64,000 nt of DNA. Source: Phoronis australis. Taxonomy: Eukaryota; Animalia; Phoronida. The translations under genes and the position numbers were made by a program. The notes under the pieces were generated by a model, which saw only the letters and a program-made list of their open reading frames with translations, was not told the DNA's origin and searched no databases. Below, piece by piece: positions 27,576-38,845 of this stretch. Positions within the stretch are counted from its first letter, which is position 1. Every line of letters starts with the position of its first letter. The stretch spans positions 93,362-157,361 of the forward strand of contig NMRA01000314.1 in NCBI GenBank assembly GCA_002633005.1, given 5' to 3'.

Positions 27576-30500
27576 TTAGCATCCGTTAAAGCGATGTCTG
27601 CAGTGTTGCTATAAAACCGTAAAATTAAAAATCCGATTTCACAATGTATTGTGAAAGTTCCATCTGCCGTGCTTTTAACGAATGCCTCTACCCCTCAAAA
27701 TTAAGCTCCGCCGAATACGTCACGAAAGTTTCAAAATAGAAACCACTGTTAAACCAAAGCGTTTTCGAAACCTTAAATCAGAACTCGACGCGGAAGCTGC
27801 GCAAGCCAATACTTTGTGTTACGCATCGTTAAACTATTTTATTGGATTCCAATTGAGGAAAGCCCTTTGGAAGTAATTAACAGACTTATCTCAGATCACG
27901 CACGTCATTTCGTTTTCGTGAACGAGAGTTTTCGAAGATGTCTGAGCATACCAGTTCTATGTCTAAGCTATGCAATGGTTCAAATTCGATTTGAAATCGG
28001 CATTCGTTGGAATTACGCTCTGTTTTTTTTTTTCTTTCAGTTTTTAAAAGCAGGTCGCTCTTCTCATTCACAAAAATGTGATTTAAGAATTTGGCGGCAG
28101 TGACTCGTACTGTGATAGTCGTGATAAGGCAGAATTGGTTTTCATTAAATAATCTCTACTCAAAAGATTTAAACAGAAACACGATTCAAAAAAAAACGTT
28201 TTGATATGCGTCAGTTATTGTATGTCCTAAGGGTTTTACGTAATAGCAAGTTAAAAACGATACTTTTTGTAATTTCCGGTTGCGACGGACCAGTGCAAAT
28301 ATCTTTACACTGAACTCTTCTCTAAATCCGCGCTCGTGCGTGATGAGAGGCAGTGTGTCATTGACGAAAGCTTCAGTTGTTTGAAAAAAATAGTTCGTTA
28401 ATTATTGTCCTTGCATTAAAGTGAGATCAATTGTCACTATCAATAGCGAAGTTAAGATTAGGCGCCAATTAATGTTGATATATCGTAACTACAAAATAAT
28501 GTACTCGTAATTGACTCTTTAAAGAATGATGCAGGCGAATCCTGGAGGTGAATATTCCGCTCGTAGTTGTGCTGCTGTGGGATTCACCTACTTAATACAT
28601 CACGCAGTCAACGTATCGGTTATTCTGCATACGTAGTTAAACGAGATTATCCATGTCGTTCGTAACATTCGAATGACACGTGAATTAAAGATTTGAATCT
28701 CAAACACCCTGCGACAAAAAGTATAAGTTCGTGTGCTTGGAATACAATCTCCGCGACACAAAAAAATCACTTGAGATATTCCAGGTTCACCATCAGCCCA
28801 CGCAGTGATCAAGAATCGTCCTCTTGTTGCAAATAATGCATTACGAGCAACGTAGCCAAAGTGTAACCATGCAACTCTCCTACATGTACAGCGTGTATTT
28901 CACGGATGACGTGTCGACACTTTACGAATAACTAAAAAAATTTAAGTGCCACTCCTGTATACATATCGTGAGTACAGTGAATGCAGTTATTAAGACTAGC
29001 GGACGATGGTAATAAGTGATTCTATATTTAAATGATTTTATTTACGGGGCGTTGTTTCGAATCCAACTTGCCAAAAATAAAACACAGCAGAAGTGCGTCA
29101 CAAGCCGGAACAAAAACTAATCAGACAGCGTGAGAGTGAAGTTTTGGATGGGTACGCACGATGTCAGAATGGGTGAAACATTAACTTCATTGGAAGATTT
29201 CGGCAACGGGTTTAATTATAAAAATTTCTACCCAATCAACTCACAGCGTTTAAATGAACGCATTCGACTGAGACACTGACGAACATCGCAGTTCTTCAAA
29301 TAATCCTTTGTCTACCCGCAGCCACCATCTTTATTGTGACGTAATATAAGAACTGTTTTCGATAGTATCTTAGTTTGACTTGATTAATGATTGCAAATTA
29401 ATTAATGATTTCAAATCAATTAACGATTACAATGCAGTCTCAGATTAAGATTTGAAGCGTCTGTAAAGGCCACGTTCCATCCAAGAAGCGAAGTTTTGAG
29501 TCAGAATGACTCACCGCTATAAAGTTGGCCTCATCATATCAATTACTCAAATGAGACGTTCTTTCTGGATTTGCAGAGAATTATCAGTTTGTTACTCCTT
29601 AATATAGTCCGGCGCAAAAGTGACGTGCCGTGACAAGCCCGGCAACTTGTAGTATTTGGTCTCAAGCAATAAGGAAGCTATCATTTTTCATGGCCTGAAA
29701 TCACCCCCTTTCGGACAAAGGAATGGTTTGACAGCAGTTTCACCAAGGCAAAGACAAAATGTGTTTTGGAATACAAGTCGGGTTCATGACCGATTTAAAC
29801 AATAAACTTCAGGATTTCTACAAAGTACTTTCATTAAACTGCTTTACAAACGTGCCCTTTTAGCCGTGAAAACTTCAAGCTTTACCAAGTTTGTTTTATA
29901 TTTGAATTATGACCCCTTAGTATTGATTCCGACCACGTTCGTCGTCCTCCGTTTGCATGTTTCCTGTTCCGGTTGTTAGAGCCTTTCCACCGGTTACTCC
30001 CGGCACTTCAAAGAGTTACGATGGACTGTTTACTAGTCTGCATGAATAGCTCGCTTTGCCGCCAATTAGCATGCAAGAGTTGTAACGCACTGCATAAGAG
30101 TTTGTCAAAGGACTGTAATTGGATTTAAAATGTCCGCGACTTGACATGAAAGTGGCGATCACTCGTGAAGAGTCACAGATCACTCAACTTGAACTAAACT
30201 TTGTGGCAGTCATGCCTCCGTACGTTTGATTGATATCAATAGATCTGAGATTCCTTAAAACTTTTACAACTTCCAGACTAAGTCGTCATGGTCTGGATAG
30301 TTTCAAATCAATTAACTACTTGTTCAGCTCCGAATGAGGGTTTTCGTTGGCAAGAGTTATCGATATGCATTAAAAACCTTTCAACGCCCCACGTGCAGCA
30401 CTTCAAGGATGTTACGTCAGCCACACAGTGGCTGATTTGCATATTGGCTATGCCTGCTTATTGTTCACCACAATAACGTCCTATTTCAGATCATTAGAGT

Positions 30501-30599
30501 GAACAGCAGCTATACACGGAGTCTGATAACATTCTAAAGGAGAGGACAGCGACCGGTGATCACCCAGCGTCTCATATTTGAACGGACATAAAACGCAAC

Positions 30600-31127
30600 A
30601 TGAAAAATTTAATACGATCCGTTTTACCGCTGATCTCCATCTGCCAGCTGGTGCACGTGGCGAATAGCGCGCCATTTTTCACAAAAGTTCCACAGCACTC
30701 GATAATGGGTTTCGTAGATATACTCAAAGACTTTTCAAGTCGACATCCACATACCAAGGAACTAGACCAACGTCCGGAACAACCACAAGAAATGGGTCCC
30801 AAACAGGACGAATATGGCGCTAAAGACATGCTGTATCCTATCCTAGTCAGCAGTAAGGCAGAAGAGAGATTTGAACCTTTAAGTCAAAGAACTCTTTTTG
30901 GGCAAAAGCTGAGTAAACCCTCCGAGGCAAACCAAGATGTAGAAAACCTGTATGATATACCAAACGATAAACGGGATTATGGAATCGGCGGCGGCAGATT
31001 CGGTAAGCGCAAGTCCCCAACGAAGAAGACCCCCCGATCGCGTTATTTTTACGGAGGAGGCCGTTTCGGACGATCAGTGGCTAATTTTGATCACGTTGAC
31101 CCTGAAACGGAAGAGGCGTTCGACTGA
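30600..31127 (+). CDS. Cholecystokinin/sulfakinin-type neuropeptide precursor (175 aa, single coding exon)
   Basis: ATG in caacATG context. N-terminal signal peptide MKNLIRSVLPLISICQLVHVANS-AP. Contains KR-DYGIGGGRF-G-KR (peptide 30975-31001) and R-YFYGGGRF-G-R (31044-31067), followed by an acidic C-terminal peptide. DYGxGGGRFamide is the molluscan-type CCK/sulfakinin signature. Confidence 0.92.
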   Translation: MKNLIRSVLPLISICQLVHVANSAPFFTKVPQHSIMGFVDILKDFSSRHPHTKELDQRPEQPQEMGPKQDEYGAKDMLYPILVSSKAEERFEPLSQRTLFGQKLSKPSEANQDVENLYDIPNDKRDYGIGGGRFGKRKSPTKKTPRSRYFYGGGRFGRSVANFDHVDPETEEAFD

Positions 31128-32190
31128 TCATGATATCTATAAACATCCGCTTTAGTCCTGTTACATACTTCAGTTTTTGGATTGTTTCGCACACCAATCT
31201 GGTTGTTACCCGTTAGCGCGAATTCCCACAGGACAAAACTTCAATCTGTACTTCCGTCCTTTGGACAGTTTTCAGTGTTTTTACAGTGCCAAGATAAACA
31301 GTCTTCTTCACGAGCTGCATCGTCGTTCTCCGCTAGGTGCGTTCTGGGCGCAGTTGCTTCTCACAAGTGGTTTGGTTTCCCCATGATCTATAAGATGAAT
31401 ATCACCTTTTGTCACAAATTACAATTTTTAGTTTTCAAACAACAAGTTTAATTGGCTTGAAGCTGCTCATGAGGAACTCAAACACACTGTTCGGACTAAA
31501 AGTGCGATGTTTTGAGAGAAAAATGGATGTTTGTAAGACACGAATTGTGGTCTGTTAGACAGCAAACGCCTGGCTGTTTCCAGGAGAAAATGTGCTGTTG
31601 GCGAGAATGTCCACGTGAACAGTGAAGAAAGAAGGAGAAGTGAATTGACGAACTCAGTGTATACATGCATGGCACAGTTACGTAAGAAACAACTGAGACA
31701 ACTGAGGAAACAAGCTTTCAATTTCTCAATAAGACGTTCTAACAATGTGTAAGCCGACATGAAAAGAGATACAGCGCACTTGACGGGCCGACATTGGCAA
31801 GCAACATCGTGGAGTAACATGGACATGCGTCGACCGGGATTTTAAAAGACAAGATTGCTACTTGTGCAGTCCAAAGGAAATTTACTTTTGAAATTGTCTG
31901 TGCATGTCGTTGGAGGTCACGTCAGTAATTACACAATATATTAAGGATACTTGGGGGAATACTTGCCGGTATTGCGTCAAACGTCAAAGGTCATGATGTC
32001 CTCTTCATTCAGTTAAAAATTATGAAACGAGTTCCAACACAAGCTAGTTATGAGTATGACAAACTTTGATTTCAATCGTGCCAATCAATCCTTAGCTGGC
32101 AAGAGTTCCGGTAATTTTCAGCTTAAATGGAAGCTATGGTTGAATTTCTTTTAATGTAAAAATTGTAAATTTTTCATTTGTATAGAATCC

Positions 32191-32196
32191 AATAAA
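32191..32196 (+). terminator. Candidate polyadenylation signal of the neuropeptide gene
   Basis: AATAAA about 1.06 kb after the stop codon, followed by U/GU-rich sequence. Confidence 0.45.
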
Positions 32197-34575
32197 GTTT
32201 TCTTTCCGCATTGACCCTGTCTACGAGTATAGATGTTAATATATTGTTCTTGTGTCTCATAACCAACTGGAAAACGCGTCATATATGTGAAGCTTTTCCT
32301 TAGTAGGGAGGAAGGAGAAGACAAAACAAATGTGAGCTCAACCCCAGGTCCCCGGTCGACTCCAGTTTTGCCTGCACCACCACCCAATGTCGTCCTGAGG
32401 TGGACAGCAGTTTTACGCCCCTCCATCCCCAGTCGACACCCCGTTTTACCTCTACCAGCATTTCCGTCGACACTATCGAGAAAACGCTTCCACTCCCTTG
32501 CTCGCTTTAGCCGTCCCGTGGGGAGTTGAGAGGGAGGCTCAAACTAGTTCGACTTCGCCAAACTCGTTTGCTTTCGTGGTCCCAAAACCAGGTTCCTCCA
32601 GTCATCCCGGTCGTCGCCACTTTTGCACCTACCTCGCCACAGGCGCTGCGCGGGACTTGCTTGTTTGGGTGGTAAATCCCGTGGAGGCAGCCACTAGAAA
32701 CTTGAATCCCCATGTTTAAACTAAATTTCGCGAGAATTGATTCACCTGAACACGCTACGCGTTTAGGGAACGCTTTTGGCCTTTAGAAGGTTTTTTTATA
32801 AATTTCTCTTGATTAGGATGCCAATTAGACTTAACGCCAAAATCGTTCTCGAAAGGTTTATAGCAGTAATGAAGGAAACCCTATTACGGACTGCGAAATC
32901 CAGAGCAATTCTGGGAGAAACAATAGCACCTGGGAATTATTAGATGAAACATAATGACGTAAATTTCGGATAAAGTTTCAATGAGCAAATATACACTAGA
33001 ACATTTTTGTGTTTTTTATGTTAATCCAATGCTTTGGATTAAATATTTGACCACTTAAATATAATGCATTGTTCATATTTCAAAATAATTCAGTTTGAAT
33101 TCACTCACATCTAAATGTTTTAAGATCATTCAATCAGAAATCAGTTGCATCCAAACATACTTTCGATATAGAGAGAAGATATTAAAATAATGGATAAATC
33201 AGTGATTTTTCGTTGAAATTCTTGAATTTTAGCTGCCATCTTGAATTTCATATTCAATACTAATCATATCTGAATTTTACCCACACCAATCAGTTGCTCA
33301 CCCCTGAAAACCATAGACTAGAACCAAAAAATATGTCTCTGTCACAATTGTTGAAGAAGTTATATGTTTGTAATGATTTCGAAATAGCGTGGCTGTCATC
33401 TTGGAAATGACGCAGTTTTAACCCTTTTCCGGTGGGGAGATTTTGGTAGACTTTTTCTTGTTAATAAGTATACCCAGTAGGAACTAAAACCGTTGTAAAA
33501 CCTTTTATTGCAATTTGTTGTGGGTCGGGTGGCTATTTGTCATACATTGACCCGTTCATGGGGCTTTTCTCAGCAAATCCCTTTTGTCGCCGATAACGAA
33601 ACTGATAAAGAAACCAAACATAAAGATTTTGCACTTTAAAAAAGTAATCGCACATTTGAGTGAACAAAAGTTCTATTGAAAGTTAAGCTTTGGCTACAAA
33701 TCGTGCGGGTTCTGTAATTCATCGTTACCGGTCTAATGCACTTTCCCATTCCACTGATAGAAATGCACGCGCCGCCTTAAACTCAGTATTCCTCTGCACT
33801 ACGCGTTCCTTCCACGTATCAGTAAAAATAGCCAAGGACATCACACTGATACAAAAACGCCACAGAGATCAAAGACGAACTTTAAAAAATGAAAATTTGT
33901 GACTCTTTGTATTTTATACACTTTTGTTACTGCCGTTACGCGTTGTTAAGTGGACTAGGAAATGGAAATAGCCAGTAAGCCAACATGTCACGTGCAAAGT
34001 CATGAGCAAGCCAGCGTTCGGTCAAGTTCCCTTGCCCTTGCCCCCCTAAAGTACTCACAAGGATGAACGCTATGAGATCTGGCCCACCGACTACTTCCCC
34101 TGATTCCACTTTGCCTTCACAATCGGAAAAAAGGGAGCAGACGTATCTCTACACTCTATCACAGTGCTACAAAAGGTATAGGCGGCGCTGTATCAGAGGG
34201 TAACGTATCTCTAGACTAGTACGGACTAGAAGACGGTTCCGGCCCATCATGGCTCGTGATTCCTGGCCATGAAAATGAGGTCGAGTAATTCCGTAATAAG
34301 AAGGCTAGGCCTAACAAGGGAACAGATTGACCCCCTCGCAGCTATCATATTTTATATTCAATTCCAAGTTGATGTCCGCGCAGCCATTAACAGCTCTTTA
34401 CAGTCCTATTGTGTTGCTAATAAGGTACATAGGCGGATTTAGGGGGGCCCGCCCCCCCCTCCCCCCTTGGCTACCGGAAATGAAACAACAGCAGCGTGGA
34501 GCGAGAGGAAATATTGAGTTCAGCAACTAGGACCGGTAGCGGACGATAGATTTCCTGAACAATAGGTCCACATCG

Positions 34576-34901
34576 GTTTTTCCCACAAGGCAAAAGACCG
34601 TTTACTTATGTGGTATGGCAAGACATAGACAGCACATTTACCTTATATAGAAAATGCAATCTTTGACCTCAAGCGACTTCAAGCAACTGACTGTCATAAG
34701 TGGGAGGGACATTAGAAACTCCGTGGTAACCACAGAGTTTTTCTTTCGCGCGTACTTCAAAAATCGTGAATTTTGTGATTTCTTCTGGCAGTTTCCTCAC
34801 AAGGGAAAGTTAATTACTCTGTTCTAGACGTTGCGAGATGGCACTTTCGTCAGGAATTGTTTAAAAGATATTTTTGACAAGCTTTCGCGTTCCATGCCTC
34901 T
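34576..34901. mobile_element. Truncated inverted copy of the Kolobok-like element
   Basis: Reverse complement matches about 47681-47995; a further related internal segment lies at about 1970-2185. Confidence 0.75.
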
Positions 34902-35544
34902 TCAAAACAATTCATTGTGTACAGAACACGGGTGGATCCACGATTTTGAGTTAGGGAGTGCCAGGGCAGAGTATTAGCCAGAATTAGACTTTGCCCGTCA
35001 GACAATCGCGCCCCCGAACTGCCAAAATGGGAAGAGAGAGGGAGGTGCATTTCCACCTTCCGTCTAGAAGTTTTTGATTGAGCTTCTCATATTTTCCTTG
35101 ATTTCTAAAGTATAATCAGCCCTCGACGATACTTCTAGCGCTAGGTTGCTATTTGCGTAGAGCGTGACAAAACCCCACTGCCCTTCAGAATGAGTTGGAA
35201 CCTCAATGCTAAGTCAAATTTTCAACTTTCTAAGTTACCGACAAAAACACTCATAAGATTCTTGACTTGCCTTTCTGCCAAGTGCCTTTGAGAATGTCTT
35301 ATATGTATAGGAACTCCGCCAGCCGTCGAGCCCCCGTGACGCATTTGCCTCCGACGGACGTTGCCAAACAAGGCGAGATACAACGATTGTGCTGTCGCTG
35401 AAGATGCAAAACAATAGTAAACTTGGCGTAATCTTCTTACTTTGCATGAAGTGCAAATGCTGCGAAATAACGTCCCTGTGTGCAAAATGTTTTACTGCTG
35501 TGGCTCGCGGTGAATGTGGGAGATAATTGTAATTACAAAATATA

Positions 35545-36270
35545 TGTATAAACCAATTACCTATTTGACAAAATTACGCAATATGGGAGAACATAGGTAC
35601 CCACTGACGTGCTAATGCTTAGGGAACAAGGTGGAAACGGTAATTGTAACTGGGCACATCGTGTCAAAGAAATTTTGTATAGGTACGGTTATGGAGGTGT
35701 GGTTATGGAGGTGTGGTTATTTGGCCCAGGTAATAATGTCGAATTTATTATAGTATTCAAGCAGAGGTTATTAAATTGTGGAGTTCAGGCTTGGCAACTG
35801 GAAATTGGCAGCTCAAGTAAATATGAATTTTATAGTTACATAAACCCGATCTTGTTAGGGAGAAATGTATGAATTGTTTAAGCGGTGATACAAGAAGAAT
35901 ACTTGCGCAGTTTCGATGTTCAGGTCAATCAATTACTGTAGACAATGGTAGATATATGGGTGTTCATAGAAGTGAGAGAATATGCGGCATGTGCAATCTG
36001 GGTGAAATTGGAGATGAGCCTCATTCCATGTGTCGATACCCTGTTCTTGTTGACCTTAGAAAAAACTCTTCAACCAGAGCTTGTGAATGTTTAACTCTTC
36101 TCTTGTTAGGTTATTCCAACAGGAAAATCGTGACAGTATCCAGCGCCTTGCGTTGTACGTTCACAAGACAATGGCTTTAAGAGAAGAAATGCTCTCTGTG
36201 TAAATACTCTGAATATACATTTGAATTTATGTATGTGTAGACAATGCCTACAATGTACAATAAACGAAAC
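35545..36270 (+). mobile_element. 3' fragment of an RTE-X-like LINE (frameshifted)
   Basis: NWAHRVKEILYRYGYG..VW, FKQRL..W, LAQFRCSG...GRY...ERICGMC...GDEPH: a C-terminal Cys/His domain split over two frames, ending in AATAAAC. Confidence 0.75.
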
Positions 36271-36638
36271 TACCACTATAACCAGCTACCATTGGAGGTG
36301 CTTCATTTTATAAACTGACCGAAAATCATAGCCAAGGATCCGTTTTATTAAAGTTGGTACGTCCGGTCATAGCCAAGACGGGCGTATCTCAGATTTGGCA
36401 ATCAGTTCATGAAAGTGGTTTATAAAGATGGTCGCCGATTCTGTTCACAGTGATCTTACTAATATTAAGTCAGCCGTTTCACTTCTGCCTCGAACGGACA
36501 CAGAACGTAGTTTTGCCTCGAAAAAATGATGCGAATAGACAAAAAATTAATGCACCAGTTGACCGGTAAAGACGCTGTGTGGTGCAAAAATGAACCGCCG
36601 GCCTAGGACCAGTCGGTGTATACGAATCACTGAGGAAT

Positions 36639-36955
36639 CAGGGGCGGATCCAGGATATTGAGTTAGAGGGGGGCAACGGCACAGGAGTAACCAGAATTTC
36701 GCCACACGCGCTCGCCTAGCCGAACATGTAGGGATGCAGGGCCTCGAAATTTTGGGTTTGTGGACCTTATTACAAAAACGGTAAACGGGGTTTGTTCAAG
36801 GCCTACATGTAAGCATTGTGCATTCGCCCTTCGATCCCCCTGGGTGTGCGCATATGCTAATCAGCAATTCGCACCCCGAACTGCCAAATGGTATCTGGGA
36901 GAATTTTAGGGGGGCCAGGGCCAACTTGGCCACCCCCCCCCCAAATCCGCCACTG
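36639..36955. mobile_element. MITE with CAG(G/T)GGCGGAT termini and 5-bp TSD (hAT5-like)
   Basis: TIRs CAGGGGCGGAT / ATCCGCCACTG; perfect TSD GGAAT on both sides. Confidence 0.85.
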
Positions 36956-38845
36956 GGAATTATCTGTCATTGAGGAATTTCGCATGGGCCATTTGCTGAT
37001 GTACACAGCAGTCGGAGTCGCTGCAGCGTCAACGTATGAAACTTGCGAAACTGTTTTAATAATTTAGCGCACACTCGGTCACTTTGGTTCTCTTCGGTGC
37101 ACGGTGTCCTATTTACCGCAAAACTGCGCTTATTTTTAGATTAAAGCAAAAGGCGCGACTGCTTTTTATGGAATCCGAGAGAATTTTAGGAGGTTGGCAT
37201 GGGAACGTAATTTGCCCAACCCATAACCTTTTGGAAGCCAAGGCTAGGGCGTGGAAGCAGACTTCCTTAAAGACAATCCGCCTGGGACTCCTAGTATTGA
37301 TTAAAAATGCAATTCCGTGACAGCAATTTTATCACGCAAATTATTTTATTAACCAAAGTAATTGAATAGCCCAAAAGCATTTCCAGTATCGCAACATGTA
37401 TTACAATTTTACAGCCAAACAAGCCAATATTTGAAAGACAATTGTCGTTTCAACTTAGCAACGATAAGTACTGCTTGCAACGTCGCATCTTTAATAGTAA
37501 GATTCAAAAATCTTACTACTGAACTAGTGACACCTAGGCATTATTCGAACACAAACTGTAAGTTTCCGATAGGTTAGATTTCAACTCGAGTTCCGAGTAC
37601 AGAGAAAACTCCTCGGTAAGTCATTAAACACGTTAAATAGAGCATTTCTTTTAAAAAAGAAAAGCGCAAAATTTAAAACCTGATTTTACTGCTCAAAATG
37701 GTAGCTCACAGGTTTGTCAGGCCTCATTAGGCTGTCGCCAATAGTTTTGGTTCTGTAGGGTGTTCTATTTGTTTACTAGCAGCTATATAGTATTTTGATT
37801 GACGTGATCCATGTGGTCAAGCTATAGTGATGATGTAATTTGTTTACCTTAGAAAAGTTGAAAACAGCCCTAATCAGGCTGGTGGCGATATAATTTGTTT
37901 ATGATAGAAAATTGGACATTCTAGAAGAATGCATGCTCTATCATCTAAGTGATTAGAAGATAGTACGTAGTCCAGTGGAACATTCTAGAGCCTTGATTAC
38001 GTGTATAGAACTCTGCTAAATAGTTGCGTAGAAAGTCTGTTCACTGGTGAAAAGTTCCAGAACGTTACGAGACTATGAATACCAGGGTACGTCAAATTTC
38101 AGCAACAGGACCTGTTCTGGTAATAAATTAGTACGAGGAAAAACTTTCTAGATCGGTACGTCTTTTCTTCATTGGCTATTACATGAAACTGATACAAAGT
38201 ACCATCAATTGCCGTGTGATTACCGACAGTGCATTTCCTGACTTGGCAGCAAATGGGCTCCGGATGTACTGGCCGTTAAAAATGTAAAGTGCACCGAAAC
38301 ATGGGCGGCGCNGTGCACCACAGGGGGACTGAGGGGGCTTTAGCCCCCACTTTTTTCAGTGCTGCGCCGCCCATGTGCAAAGAAAATATTTCACAGACGG
38401 CCACGTTTCAAACCAAGAACATTTTTATCTCAAACCAGTGCGCTCATTTCAATTGCAATAACACGCACCTGTGCTCGACTTTTGCTGCCGAAATTAGGCT
38501 CAGGTGCCTAATTGCGGGACTGAGCCAAATTGCGGAACTTAACGCATGCGCCTATATATATGCGGGACATTTGAGTAGAACTGTTGCGTTGCTTACGGTG
38601 CTCTGGATATAGGCGCACCTCCAATGTTTAAAAGACTCCTAATGAAAAACTGCCGCAGAACCTCTATTGCTTGTTCGTCCAGCTCATCTGAACCACACTG
38701 GCCTTCGATCTGTGACCCTCGCTTATACCTTGATCGACTTCAGTGTACGGCTCGTACTGCGCCGAATCAACGTCAATCACTTCGTCCTCGGGCGCAGACA
38801 GCCAATCAGACACGTTAGATTCGGATTAGACAAGAAAGCCAATGC

